A DNA stretch of 64,000 nucleotides, taken from Marsupella aquatica (lineage: Eukaryota > Plantae > Marchantiophyta). A program made the position numbers and the translations under genes. The stretch lies in NCBI GenBank assembly GCA_973895155.1, contig OZ316893.1:9301839-9365838 (forward strand). Direction: 5' to 3'. This document shows positions 1 to 14,197 of the stretch, one piece after another; position 1 is the first letter of the stretch, and every line of letters starts with the position of its first letter. Under the pieces are notes generated by a model. The model saw only the letters and a list, made by a program, of their open reading frames with translations, ran no database searches and had not been told where the DNA came from.

Positions 1-409
1 CTAAATTTATTCCAACTTACCATAAAATCACTCCGTATATCGTACATCGAATAAAAATGTCTCATTCATTCCAGAGAGAAGAGAGTGATAACCGCGTTCT
101 TTCATGCTACTAAGTTTGTTATGGTCTATGTTCGGTTACAGTGTTTCGTTCGATTAGGCTATTTGCAGTGGTGAGAGTATGGGGTTTCACTTGAGACTTT
201 TCCCTTGTCAAAGAAAATTCTCCCCGATTTGGGACTTGCATTTTTCCGAAGTGGCATCATCAGGATGCCAACGTTAAGTCCTGATGCCAACTTTAAGTCT
301 AGGCTATTCTTGGCTACCAATTCAATCGGAAGAGCAAATAAAAAATCTCAGACTGGTTGGGCTCGGTCTGACGAATTCGAGCATACAATCGATGTAGTAG
401 GTGATAGCA

Positions 410-1770
410 ATGTTTCCCGGGCGAGTGACAATCGAGATAGAAGAAGCCAAAGAGGAATTAGCAGTGCTCTTGACGAGATTGGACGAAAAGACCGCTCAAG
501 AAAAAGATCTAGGGAGGGAAATCGATAGTGCAACGCATGAGCTGAACGCAGTGAAGTTGCACTATGAAGAGCAGAAGACCGCTCACCAAGAAGCACTCGA
601 GAAAATCCGGTTCCTGAGACTGCCGGATGCCGATACTTTCAGTGAGACTTTCAGAGGGGATATTACGTTCGTCATCCAGGCGAGCATCCCCAGAGTTATA
701 CATGCTCATCGTTTGATATTGGTGAGCGTCACGACCGTCGTTGGGTTGTGTAGAGTTCATGGAATGAGTACCTAAAATAACCTTGGAAACTTAAAACTAA
801 CCTTGGAAAAAAGCAAACCAATCAATGAAAATCAATGAATGGATGGATGGTTCTTAAAATCAAGTCACTTATACGGAGGCACCGTTTTCCATATTTGGTC
901 GCTCTGTCCTCTAGTTTATATTTTTAATTTACTTCAGTTGTCTATGCGTCAGAACAATCGTCTTGCAACTTTTAAGCTTCATTTTTCTTGGAATCAACCA
1001 GCAAGTTAGAGTGGATCATGACACTGCCAACTTCCAACAGTGCTTCATGTTATGTAGTTTTGGTTCAACATGTGTGAGCTAAGTTCCAGCCAAACTCGTC
1101 AAGGTCACACATGTACATTGACTACCTCATCAAATTCATAAATTCGTTGTTGCTGTAGGTCCTTTTTTGCAGAGTGGATTCGCTACGTACCTAGTTACCG
1201 GAAAAACTTTTCAATTCAATTGACTTGGGACGAAACTGTTTGTACCTTGTATCTAACTATTCATTTGGCTTTAGACCCAAAATCGACATAGACAACTAGA
1301 TCGAATTAATCAATGAGGGGGGTTAAAAATTCTATACTACTATTAACTCAGTACGAGATGGCACGACCCTGAACTTTACGATTTTCCAGGCCGGCCGATC
1401 GTCGGTGTTCAGCAGAATGTTCGAAGCGGGAATGTTGGAGGAGAAAACTGGACGAATAAAGATCACTGATGCGTCGTATTCTACGATGAGGGCGGTTGTC
1501 AACTTCTGCTACACAGCGGATATCATCTTTGGCGGCGATGTGCATCCGGAGGAGGTACTAAAAGTAGCGCACAAATATGACATCGCTCCACTGAGAAAGC
1601 TGTGTGACCAGGAGCTTTCCAATCGAGTCACCGCTGAAAGCCTGCCCGCGATGCTAAGACTGTCTCGAACTTACGAAGCGCCCAGTCTTCAGCGAGCGGC
1701 TATGGCTTACTTCAAAGAGCACTTTGACACTGTCCACGAGATCGTTCTTGAGAACTTGCTCCCGAACTGA
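410..1770 (+). CDS. BTB/POZ domain protein with N-terminal coiled coil (At4g08455-like), paralogue 1; exons 410-721 and 1390-1770
   Basis: ORF 401-775 gives a coiled coil then GDITFV..IHAHRLIL. Phase-0 donor TTG|GTGAGC at 722 and acceptor TTTTCCAG| at 1389 join it to AGRSSVFSRMF..IKITDASYSTMRAVVNFCYTA..AHKYDIAPLRKLC, a classic BTB plus helical tail. TGA at 1768-1770. The start is uncertain: first ATG is 410, with an in-frame TAG at 398-400 that could instead be an acceptor. Confidence 0.88.
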
Positions 1771-1778
1771 CAAACGTA

Positions 1779-1938
1779 AACGCAAATTCTAAACCTTCAA
1801 AGAATTCCTATTGTAAACCAGTGCCGCTGTCACAGTTTTCCCCACCAAATCCTCCAGTGAACGCAAACTCTAAACCTTCAAAGAATTCCTATTGTAGACC
1901 AATGCTGCTGTCCCTTCCCACCAAATCCTCAAGTGAAC
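1779..1938. repeat. Imperfect ~81-bp tandem duplication in the 3' UTR of BTB paralogue 1
   Basis: AACGCAAA(T/C)TCTAAACCTTCAAAGAATTCCTATTGTA..CCACCAAATCCTC occurs at 1779 and 1860. Confidence 0.9.
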
Positions 1939-2220
1939 GAGGGCTGTACAAAATTAGTATCAGGATTTATATTGCCTTTCAACTCTGGTGTAGCCAATGA
2001 GACGAGCTTTTGGCAATGGCAGTATAAATTGTATTTGAAGCTTGGCTCAGCATCTGATCGCGTTACATCTACAGATTTGATTTTTCGAATTTGCATTGAA
2101 TTATGGACCACATGATAAGCAAAGTTCAGAAGCTGTCTGCTGCAGTTGATTGAAGTTCGCCTGTCCCTAATAACCGCCTGATAACTGTACTAGATTTGCT
2201 CAAATTGTGTGACAGTGTAA

Positions 2221-2328
2221 ACACTGTTGTTTACTTGCTCAACCGTCACTACAACAATTTGCATCATGCCACTTTTACACTGTTGTTTACTTGCTCAACT
2301 GTCACTAGAACTCTTTGCATCATGCCAC
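2221..2328. repeat. ~56-bp tandem duplication
   Basis: ACACTGTTGTTTACTTGCTCAAC.GTCACTA..TTTGCATCATGCCAC occurs at 2221 and 2277. Confidence 0.9.
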
Positions 2329-3268
2329 AGACTTGAGTAAACTAGCATTTTCTGTCACATGGTGCAACTTTAGAGTCCAGAGCTAAATCAACGTTCATTT
2401 AATCGAATTTGAATTTAGACATAGCTCTTGAGTAGTTAGCTTCTCTCGGGTCCCTCGTCGAACACGTTCCGGTCTCTACTTTGGGGTCGGACAAAATTCC
2501 GGTCTCTACTTTGGTCAATAAGGCGCCTCAAATCTTTAGGTCCACTAAAAAACCTGGCCAGAAAAGTATCAGTTTCGGTGTGCGGATAAGCTTTTTTGTG
2601 TTTACCACTTTTTTGCCAAGAAAACTCCCTTGACCGCCACAGGAGGCAAAACAAAGAGGATTGAGACGCACTATTGTTGGAGATATATGCATCTCCCTGC
2701 TTTCCTCGTATTTAAACATTCATTCATTAATGTAATCTGCACACCATTTTTTGTTCAAACGATCAAAATACTGCAAGCTTTGTATTTTCTCTCGTTGTTT
2801 TCACAAACAAACTATCTCTGTCAGCCCTTGATACTCTCTGAATAAACAGAATCCATATTTCATAAGGGGGTCTGAAACAACTAATGGCTTCTCGAACTTT
2901 TTTTAGGCGTTTTGAAGGGACGGCTTCTATTTCAATAATCACACCAAGCTTAGATTATGGGCACTAGATCATTGACTGGGTTAGGAGAGTCTAAATTTCT
3001 TGTTTCTTTCATGATCTGATAGAGATAATCATATGTCCACAACCTCCCATATGTATGAGTGGTTATAATATAATAAAATAGTGAAGTTTGAAGATGAGAA
3101 AGATGGGCCCTCTTACCCTATTCACAAGGCTACACTGATTGCCTAGCAGAAATCTAAGACAGTGTGCGGGATGGGTTGGGTAGGAGAGGAGAGGAGAGGA
3201 GAGGAGAAAGGGAGTGCGACCAGAGAGAGTGGGGAGAGGGAGGGGCGCTTTTGAGGAATGTTTAGTGC

Positions 3269-3325
3269 AAGAGAAGAGAAGAGAAGAGAAGAGAAGAGAA
3301 GAAAAGAAAAGAAAAGAAAAGAAAC
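3269..3325. repeat. Compound microsatellite (AAGAG)n(AAAAG)n within a purine-rich tract
   Basis: Directly visible; preceded by (GGAGA)n at about 3183-3207. Confidence 0.95.
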
Positions 3326-4304
3326 ACTAAACAAAGAAACTTGAATTTACAAAACATAACTAGACTTGTCCCACTTTGAGATCTTCACCCTGAGATCTTC
3401 ACTCTTCACTCTGGTTTTTGTCCAACCATAAAACCATTTTATATCCTTGGTCTTAATTCACTTACTAACTTGTTTTGACAAGCCAATATCTGAAAGTGGA
3501 CAGCCTACCAAAATGTTATGAATTCAGACCCTAGCAAATCAAACTGGATATATTTGCATACGAGAAAGGGCGCTGGGTGTCAATGTTACTTGCTCCAAAT
3601 CTTCGCCTACACTAGATGACCAGATATCTGCGTGGGAGAGAGAGATTGACAAGGGAGGGATCGAATATTCAACATCATTGCAGTCTGACGAAACCAGGGG
3701 ATGACCAGTAGCTTCAATTCAAATCGCGCCCATTACAAATGAAGTTTGCGGAGTAATGGTTATCCATTTCATGTTGGTTACGTCTGTTAACACCACACTT
3801 TCTAGATATATGGCCAACCTTGTGGAGAATCATAAATTTGATTTCAATTACGTAATGAAGTTATGTACAGTTCACTGGCCCACCTTGGTCCTGGGGGTAC
3901 CAGGTTTTTCTTTATTGATGAAATCTTCTTTATTGATGATCCTTTCCAATCAAGCCATGGTAGCTTTTGGTTGACTTGGCATCCGAATTGTGTCAAATCT
4001 ACAAAACACAGAGCTCAGACGTCTTCTAATTATTTGATGCATTGAAAAGCCATGAATTGCTCACGACAGTACTGATCTTGAACAACATATTTTGAACAAC
4101 ATCAATTCCAAATTTGAACAATCAGGATTCTGTCGCAATATTTTGTACCATCAAGAATTCGTTTTATGCATATCCTATGTGTACACTTAAAACAATGTTT
4201 GGCCTGAGATTTCTAGGACTCTTCTCCGCACGACGAAAATCGATCCTGAACGAACGAAGTACCGAATGTCAGTCTGGAATACAAAATCTGAGGCGGCTCA
4301 GGGC

Positions 4305-5819
4305 TCATAAGTTGTCCAGAACAGTGGAAAACACCGTGTCAAAATGCTCTTTGAAATACTTAGCTGCTGCTTCCTGCAGGGTTTTGGCCTCAAACTTCTT
4401 GGAGAGCCTCAGCATATCTGCCAGGTTCTTCTCGTCGATTCTCTGGCAGAGCTCGTCGCCACACACGTCTCGGAGGTGCGTGATTTCGTACTTATGAGCG
4501 ACTTGGAGCACATCTTCCGGAGGCACCTCATCTGTGAAAGAAATCTCGGCTGTGTAGCAGTAGTTAATGACAGCTCGCATGACTGGCAGGGTTGCATCGT
4601 CAATGGGGATAAGGCCGGTCTGCTTCTCCAGCATGCTGACGTCGAACATTCGGTAGAAAACAGGTGACTTTCCAGCCTGTAAACAATAATTGGGACCGGA
4701 GAAACAAGAAATGAGTAATCGAGTCAAACACTTCTAACTTGGCTGGTTCTTCTCTCAATATTGCAATTGATAGCCACAGAGAACAGATGGAACTTTCTTG
4801 TGGATCAATTCAAGTGAAGCAGCCAGGTAGCCATTGAGTTGAGTTTCTACTTTCGCTAACATCGTCAGTCGCTTATAATGGATGAGGAGTTGTACTCGAT
4901 CTTGCTCCCGTGGTAAGAATTTTGATAAGAAGCAATTAGGGTCTTTCACATACAACAGATTCGACGACTTCTAGCACTAACTGCGAAAATCTACGACTGG
5001 ACTAACTGTCGGACTAACTCTGTTACAAATATCGTTACAAATATCTTGACAACTCCTCTGTTTAAAGAGCTCTATAGATCTTCGTCCTTATCACGTACAA
5101 ATTCGGACAATCTTGTTGCCTATTCACGACCTCTAATGTTTCTTGGTGCTTGTCCTGGAGACCCCTTGTCGTCTCTTAGTCACCCCCAAAGGTTTGAAAT
5201 GTATGATAAACAAAGATCAAATCAACTTCATAATTTAAGGTGACATCTCTAATGTACCAGCTTCGAGCTTCGAAACGTTTTTGATCCTGGTAATCATTCT
5301 GGTCCTTCGGAAAACATAGACACCATGAAAACATTGAGGGATGCTCACCAACACAAAGCGATGTGCATGGATAAGGTCACTGCCGCGGACTACTAGAGAC
5401 ACGTCTCCTTTGAAAACCTCGTTGGCAGGATCGGGATCTTTCAGCTTCAGAAACATGAGCCTGTCAGTCAACTTCTTCTGCGTGACTTCATACGCCGTGA
5501 TTTGCTTAGAAAATTTATCCCTAAGAGCCAAGCGCAGCGTGGCCAGCTCCGTTTTGGCATCCTCGATCTCCTTCTCGTAGCGCTTTTTGCACTTCTCGCA
5601 CCCGGGCGCCTTGAAGACGGGATCGCCCTTGTAGTACCTGCAACAGTTGTCACACAGGAGCCGTTCATTGCACTTTGGGCAATCCATGGAACTCTCCCCT
5701 CGATCACTCTTGAGAGCGCTCAGCTCGTGGGCATCAATGGAGCCCAGCCTTGGCAGTGGGGTGATGAATGATTTCAGGTTCAGCTTCGACGATCTGGAGC
5801 TAGAGCCCTCCATGAACAT
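4305..5819 (-). CDS. Cys-rich + coiled-coil + BTB/POZ protein (At4g08455-like), paralogue 2; exons 5819-5349 and 4676-4305
   Basis: Exon 1 reads CPKC..CDNCC..CEKCKKRYEKEIEDAKTEL..RLMFLKL..GDVSLV..IHAHRFVL, donor TTG|GTGAGC. Acceptor TTTACAG|GCT leads to AGKSPVFYRMF..IDDATLPVMRAVINYCYTA..AHKYEITHLRDVC, TGA at 4307-4305. Start is ATG 5819 or 5813, or the later MDCPKC. Confidence 0.9.
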
Positions 5820-8800
5820 ATAGATTGACTCTAAGTTCCCGTCTACTAGTTGGATGATCGTTCTCGTGCCTGGGTAATGGATTTGAGCCAACCACCAGCG
5901 GAACAAGTACTCATATACTAGAGCTAGTAGACTTAGAGAAGTGGACGTACAGCAATAGGATCATTCTCATTTTCTACAAAACATGCAACAACAATCACAA
6001 GCCCCGCGTGTGCGCCCGCATCAAACTGCCCCATGAAGCATTAAGTGTGGAAGGTGCAGCGAGCTAGCTACAGTTTCTAGCCAGCCAGCCAGCCAGCCGT
6101 GCACGCTTTCAATCAGGGATTGTGTGCCGATATTTCGGTTCGCGATGATCGTACCGGACTTGGCCCAACCATCTGTGACCGTTTTGAAGCATGCATTGGA
6201 TCGGTTGCTCCATGATGCTTTGCTTTGTGATTGAACTCATCATACCAAAATCTTATCGATTTAACGAGGCCGGACCACGCAACTCCGCAAATTTTGGCCG
6301 CAATTTGAGGCAATAGACATCCCCCGATGATGAAAAGGTCTTCCACATTGTATGTCTAAGGAATCTACAAGGGCACTTACCTGACTTGAGCAGTCTTCCG
6401 CTATAGTACACTACCCTATCAGTTAAAAGCCACTCATTGCAAATAAGGCTCGAATTTTCATGTCCAAGCTTCTGTCGATTGAGAAATTCTTAAACCTCGC
6501 CCAAGCTAACCTGATCAACGAACAGGACCAAGAATCTTCCTAGATGTCCATCCCAGAACTCCGTTATCTTCTTTACTCAACGAAGTATAAAACGGAGTTA
6601 GCTAGTTGATGACATTTGATACCTACTACAGTTACTGATTTTTAAATTTTGAAGAGCAGAACTGTTCCGGATCTAATTTGTTGTAATACACCATCGATCG
6701 ACTCTCGGTTCTAACATGTCCGAGACAGTATTTAAGGGAACATTGATTATCCTACCCTGTAGATCAATGCAGCCAGAACTCACCGATTCTAAGAATAAAG
6801 AGTTCAAAGGTTTCCTTGATGCACCAGATGATTCCACACAATCTACAGTACGTAGTACAAATGACGCTCCAATCATTTAGAAATCAGTTGCCAAATGATT
6901 CTAGGACAGGTCAATTGCCTTAGTACAAATTCACTACTCAAGCTTAGACGAAACACTATATTACAAAACTCACATCAGACGTACGTGCGGATAGGTCGGA
7001 AATGAATACAGTAGCAAGGAAATCTGTTACGCTGGACACTAAGTACACATCAGCAACAGGATGCAAGTGTTCATGAGGTGATCTCTGTGGAGTGTGTTAT
7101 GAGGAAAGGACACCGAGTTGGTGACGAGTTTTGTAACTGACTGAACGAGAGATGCCAGACTCTACTATGACAGAAACAATCTCACTGTCATTCCATAGTT
7201 TGACTGTAGGTTTGTAGGAATCTAAAGCACGTTTCAGAATAGCAGCTAGAGATACGGACCCATGAGTAGAAGCTTCCGGCTCCAACTTTGCAGTTAGCGC
7301 AGGTGTCATCGAGCAATGATCTCCTCTACATAACGGCAAAGCACTCAGATTCAGGAGACAAATCAACTGACTTGTCGTACTTCCACAACAACTCGGAAAG
7401 GTTCGCAGAAGTTGCAAAGTAAAACGGGAAAGAAAATAAGTAACTATATGTGTAAAGATGTTCACTCGACCAACTAGAACCCGGTATAATCGTTCTTAAC
7501 AATGATTCTTAAGTCATACCATTTGCAGGAGTTTCCTATCTCCTCTATCCGTTCGGGTGAGTCTGTTCTTGTGATTTTTGAGGCATCAAATAATTCCCGA
7601 TGTATTTGATGTAGTCTTTGAACCGCAGGGACCAGCGACTGCGGTACAAGAAATTAGCTAGAATGAATGCAATGTAAACCAGGAGGTCAGCGAATTGAAG
7701 GGAGCCTAAATAGCCAGCAAGAAGATCAAAGGTCACTGATCAGAACTAGGACTCGTATCTAAAGCCGTGACCAACAGATTTAGTAAGGCTTCTCATCTTG
7801 AAAGTACACATAAGCTGACTATCAAGATATTAAATACCTTAGTTTGTGACAGGGAAGACAAGGTTGACTTTAATAGTTAGCTTTCAAGAGCCCAGTCATG
7901 CGAGCTCCATAATTATAAATGATCCTGACCAAAGATCTTCAGAAGTACCGTAGTCAAGACGGTACCTAGGGGAGGGGAGTGAACTAGCAAGTTATGGAGA
8001 GGTATGTGAGAGAACACATGCTAGAGCTTTTTTGCATATGGCTGAAGTGTCCGTCCTACATGGAGTTCAATCAAGGTGACCTTGCTAGGGCCCTATTCAC
8101 ATTTGTTAGCTAACAGGTAAACACATTAGAACTACTCCTTAGGTACACCTCTCGTGACTGGGTTAAAGATTGAACTCTATCAGTGATCACAGTACCAAAG
8201 ATAGGGTACATTCAAGATGGGGCATAGATGTCACAATGAAATGTTCTTCTTTTGTGGCCAACCTAGAGAGATACGACTGAGTTCCTTCGATATGATAGTC
8301 TGAATATTATCCTGTGGAAATGCTTCATTCGTACTATTGTTTATTATACGTACTGAAATGTAGCTTTTCATTTATAGGACGGTCTTCTATATTTTTTTTG
8401 TTTTCTAGAGGTGCATTGCAGCGAGAGCCTCACCATCCATCTACAGCTAGGACACCTTATTGCCAATTAAGCTTTGTTATTGTAGTGTACGGGCAACTTT
8501 ACAAAGCCTGACGTGCATCATTTGGCTTCCTCACTGCTGGCTACCCCGTTCCAGACGAAATTTTCATCGTACAGGCATTCCATTCCGCTAAGTAATCTCC
8601 TGACTGTCTTGAAGCATGAGCATTCCAAGCACAAATTGAAAATTTCAGCAGAATCTATAATCTTTGGATTATTCAAAGGACTTCGGCTATCACAAGAAAC
8701 GAAGAAAGAAAATTAATATGGCAACAAGTAGTAGAGATTGTTTTTTTCTTAATTCAATTGTCCTTCAGCTAATACAACGAGAGGCAGCACTTCGAATGCG

Positions 8801-11800
8801 TGATCTATGGACAGTTCCCGACGAGTACAAGACTCAGGATCCTCAGATTTGCTGTCAAACCCAACCGTCACCAGCAACAATCCGTTTTTCCTGCAGATCT
8901 TTGCTCGTCAAAGCACTTGAGGGTATCGTAGTTTCTACATAGTCATCTCGCCGTGCGCAGTACGCCAATGGGCTCTATGATTGAGAAAAGTAGTATACAC
9001 TAGTTTAGGCAAGAGAAGCGTAATGACACCGGTCGGTGATCTTCGCTCTTTGAGGGTCCTTCGTTGTCCGTAATTCCGTATGCCTTCGTTCGCGCTTGTA
9101 CCTGGTCCAGCGTTTCACTGTCAACCATTTCTCTGTCATTATGTTACTGGTACAGGCGCATTGATAATTATTAATTTAGGCCTGATTAGCAGGTTCTGAA
9201 GATCACATCACGGATCTCGTGAGAAAGCGGTTGCGAGGAATCTGCCAGGAAATACTCATATGACCCACCTTCAAGTGAAGGTGACCGGACTTCATACTTG
9301 GTATGCAGAGCTTGTACAGTCGTCAGTAGGATCACAATCCAGGCCTTCGTGATGCGTCACTTTTTGGTTATTTGTGGCAAAAAACACCATTTGCTACACA
9401 TAATAGGAACCCAACTCATGATGGTAGTCGTTGCCCTGTGTCCAAAAAACTCGGAAGGGCCGTTTGCTAGCAGCATTTTGAAATTGCCTGGCCTCTTCAA
9501 TAAGATGGACCATACTTACTGTTGGATGGGATGTATACCACATTGGTCTCAATCGATCAAAGAACAATTGCCCTTAGAACGACTTTCAAAGAACAAGCTA
9601 GGCAGAACAAGCTAGGCAGAACAGTTTTCGTCAGGGTCATATCACGACATTCAATAATACTGTTAATGAGTTAATTCCCGAAAATAAATGATGAGATGAC
9701 TTAACAAGCTTAACAAAAAGTACTGAATGTAGCGATGTAAGCGAATCTGCACAGGGCACGCCATCAATTTGTGTGTTCGAAATGGGAAAACTCGTAGCTG
9801 TGTACAGTTTAACGCCAACAATGCGTATAGTTTACGCGGACTTACGCGAGACAGATGAAAACGCAGCGGGCGGGCGTTTTGCTCATCATGGGAAAAAAAG
9901 GTACTTTGATGAGTGTCATGACAGTTGCAGCAGGAGTTTGCTGGTCGTCAACTTTCGCTCATGGCTGTGTCCAGATCAAAGAAAATGCACGTTGTGTCCC
10001 GACCCCGTCAGAAAAGGATTAAATGTCTACAGCTCACAAGACGGAAAGTACTCAAAGGAGAGGGCAGCTCACATAAGCACTCCCGGCGCTTCCTTGGAAC
10101 GGTAGCTAGTTCATTCATTAAATCATTCGTGAGTGTCATTTATATTGGGGCAGAAAATGAATGACACTGTCCATTTGAGGGATATATTGGAAACTTATGG
10201 CGAATCTGGGACTCCTTCCGATTACTTCGATTACTGCCCCAATTACTTCTTTCTGTCATCAGCACTTACATTGCTCGGATCAGCAACTTCTTGAAACGGT
10301 ATGGTCACAGCTATAGCGCGAGGCACAAATTTCCGAGGTCTGGAAGCCATGGCAATCATTGGGCATGCTTGGCTACACGCATATCCACCTTTCCTCCTAG
10401 CTGGTCACAGTTTCCGTAACTGATGAAAGGAAGGCAGCAGACATTGAAATCCAAGGTGAGCTTAACTGAGCAAAACCGACAAGCACAATAATTACAGCAC
10501 TTACTTTGCGACAACTTCCAGAGAAGATTGATCGGGAGACACCATAGTACTTTCGTGGTATGATTTATCGCAATCTGCCTTCCAGCTGAGGTATGTATTC
10601 GAGAAGGTATTCGAGATTAGGATTCAAGCATACTTGACAGATCGAAAAGCAGGCTGGCGACAGGGCTTCGCCGTTCTGGAATCTTAGCTTGGTGCGGGGC
10701 GTGGTGGATAATGAATTGAACAGCATCTTTCCTTGAACTATACGAAGCCACTAATCACTCTCCCTCTCTTTCACTTGCCTTGCTCCGACAATGAAGATCA
10801 GCCCTGTGTCACTATGTTTACTACAGAGGCAATGCATCAAATTTCTTTGATTCTAGACCTCTGGTGCACTTGTGGTCTTGGCTCCTTTGCGTTCCTTTGT
10901 GCCTTCAATTACTTTCTGTGAATACGGTATTCGTGGACTAGAGCTCAAGGCCATGCAAGATTCATGTCCTCATTCCGCGTCAGAGAGATCGACTCTTACA
11001 TATTTCAAGTTTGCGTGCATCAGGTCATCTGCGTCTCCAAGTGATGGAGACGAGTAGTACATTCTGTCTGGACCCACCAGCTCGAGATGGGACCCTGCAA
11101 GCGATAGACAGAGGAAAATGTTTTTACAAGCGCCTCTGTAGATCAATGACGCATGACGCAATTGAAAGATGAACACTTAAAGCACTACACGCACAACAGA
11201 GGACGTCGCAGCTCGCAAGCCGAATACGTGGTATGGCATTCACGAGAGTCGTTTGTGACTAAATCTTCCGAACCAGAATCTTGAGGTAGTCAGAAGTTGA
11301 CCAGCTCTGTCACTCTTTGTGTTGTTTGGATTCCACGCATAAACAATCGGAGAATTGATGACTTCATGAGTATTAATGAATGACATGAATGGGAATTGTG
11401 GGGGAATTGATTTTTCTGTTGATACAGTATAGTGGACTTTAAGAAGTTCACAATGTTTATCTCAACTATGTCTGACTGATGTATGCAATTTACTTACCAG
11501 AAGCAAAAGCTTCATTATTATGAAAATCGATGGCCGAATGCTGACACGGATGGGAGGGTTCCTCACTCCATAGATTTGACGAATCTATCAATAGTTGCCA
11601 CCCTTACAAATATCACGGGTCTCGAATTCGATGATACTGGATCAAAAATGAGTGTATGACGTCCGTTTTTTACATTTGTCTGGCCCGAACAAAAGAGTTG
11701 CTAATATTTGTATCCGCTTTGAGGTTAGAGAAAACTGTTAAGAACAACACGAGCTTCGTAATCTTGATCTGTACGAGATCATTCACAGTTGCTAATCAGA

Positions 11801-12740
11801 TCCGACAATGCCAATCATGCGAATCTACCAAATTACAAAACTTAGGGAACTCGCAGTTTGATCAGGGCAGATTGTGTTAGTGTTCCGGCGGACATTGAAA
11901 ACTACAATTCTGTACTTATATGGACCAAAGCCTCATCACCTCAACACTCCAGCTTCCATGTTGGACCAAATTGTAGATTTCTCAATTCCATGATTGTGTT
12001 CAGAAAGGTGAGTCCATCTGAACGCAATCGTGCCATCATGGAGTCTACAGCAAGAATCTCTGAATCTGGTCCATCAAATTCGGGGATGGACCACTGAGAT
12101 GTGCCATCAATACACTCTTGCCATGTTCAAACGCTGTAGAGACAGGAAGAACTTCGTTGACATAATACACACACACTTGAAGCTATTGTAGGTCCAAAGG
12201 GGTCCTGCGAGAGCCAATTTAATTTATTTAAATCGATTACAAAACGCGAGAAGAGACGCAACGTCAGGCAAAACTAATTGCGTAATAACTAGACGCCAAC
12301 GTGGAAAGATAACAAGGAAACCTTTTCATAAGATTCTCATTAAAGGTGTGACCATGTTTTGGGATATGGTGGCCCCTGTCTCTGCTGGTCGAAACGTTAG
12401 AGAATAAGATGACACAATAGTAAGCTATCATCAGCTCTTTCGGAGTACTTCACGAGTAGATTATTATTATTCAGGAAGCAGGCCATGTGCTGACAACTGA
12501 TTCCTTCCCGATTGCTTTCCATCCACCAATGGAAACGCTATCAAATGAGAGGGTGGCGATCTAGACCAGATATGATGAGATAAGCAACCACGTAACAACC
12601 AAGCAGAAAGGACGGATAAGGAGAATGGGTAGGTGAGTGTGGTTCTGTCCACAGACCGTACGAGGATGGGTCCGCAACAGAGCGAGCGAGGAGGGCTGTT
12701 TGAAAAATCAGGCCAATCCTTCCTGACATGACGGATCTGC

Positions 12741-12977
12741 GTGCTTCCAAATCCTTATTTCTATTGAATCGTCGTGTGTTCCCGTGCATGCTTCGAAATC
12801 CTTTTTCTATCGAATCGTCGTTGTGTTCCCAAACTAAAATTAATGCCGACAGGAGCTGACCAAGTTTGGGATCATTCCGTTTGAATGCATTGTAATGGGT
12901 GTGGGATCTAACTTATATGTGAGAATGTTTCATATATATATATATATTCATATCAAGTGTATATTCATATCAAGTGG
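12741..12977. repeat. Two small tandem duplications plus a (TA)n tract
   Basis: TGCTTC.AAATCCTT.TTTCTAT.GAATCGTCGT..GTGTTCCC twice (about 12743-12830); (AT)n from 12932 followed by ATATTCATATCAAGTG twice. Confidence 0.8.
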
Positions 12978-13863
12978 AACATGCAGTCACCACTCAACGG
13001 GGAACAGGGAAACGATCTGCTGCTGCTGTAGGATCTGATTATCAATCTCGACCCGCTTTATCCCTACTAAACTGTGGGCAGATGGGCTCTCAAAGCCATC
13101 ACGTGTCAACATCCCACTAGAGCGTCTCAACCTTAGGTCATTAGTGAAAATTAGGGATTTTTGTATATCTCTGGTTATGGTATCCAGTTATAGAGTTTTA
13201 AAACTGGGGGGAGGTAACGTTGACCCGCCTGAGTTTTGAAATTGGGGGGTGGTCACATTGACCCGCCCCATAAGGCAGGAGTTACAGTCTCACTTGTCTC
13301 ATAGCATATATTTTTTTTCCTCAATTCTTGATCAGCTGTCGTCTCAAATGCAACAGCAATCATTACATCAGGAGCAAATCCCATGTGCCTTCAGTCGTAG
13401 CTTTCCAGAGTTCCAGAGTCCTGGATTTCCGGAATTTGGTCTAAAGTTGCGAAAAAGTTACTGGTTAAGTGTTGAGCCCGCAGGCTTTCCTTACAGTAGC
13501 AGAAGATCAGTTCCCATAACTTTTACAGAAGTTCCCATAATACTTGAGTTATGGGAGGGTCTTATCTTATTAACGCCAAGCTTTGAGATGCCCTACTATA
13601 TCCATCTTAATGATCTTCCTGGAAGGCTCTTGGGCATGATCTTGCTCGAAAAGGTGCCCCACATGTTGTGACTCTTTAAACTAAGAAAGTTTGGACAGAT
13701 CGTTGGCATGAACCCTGGCATTTGACAATGCTCAGGGCTGTCTTGCATGTGAGTATCATGAAATAATAGGCCCTACGTGTGAGGTGGAACCATGGGACTG
13801 ACCAAGACTTTCTTGCCTCACCCTCCTCTGAGCCAGTCCTCATGGCTAAAAATGTGCACTTTC

Positions 13864-14195
13864 TGTTAAGGATTGCTCTTAGTCTTGTGACTCATAGGTT
13901 ACGGCACTTAGGCTAACCACAGTTAGGATCTTAGCTGAGGTTAGGTTAGTCGTGTGTGACCTTGTATATACCAGGGCTAGTGTAAGCCGTTGGTGTGTGG
14001 TGCTTACTCATTGTAATAGAGCAACTTGAGGAAGAGGGAGAGGATGTGTGTTCGTCTACTCTTGAAGTAAAGCTTGAGTGTTCGTGTGGACGTAGCCTTG
14101 GAGAAGAGGTGAACCACGTAGAGATTGTGTCGACTACGTGTGCATGGAATGAGTCATGGTTGTATGGTCGTTGCGAATGACGTCTTAGTTCAACA
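13864..14195 (+). repeat. 5' LTR
   Basis: TGTTAAGG...TTCAACA; 3 substitutions versus the 3' LTR by eye. Confidence 0.97.
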
Positions 14196-14197
14196 AT

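Noticed and set aside
6400-12700. Many 60-120 aa ORFs in a 6-kb stretch
   Set aside because: No recognisable domain or consistent exon chain. I cannot exclude a diverged gene, lncRNA or old TE without a database search.
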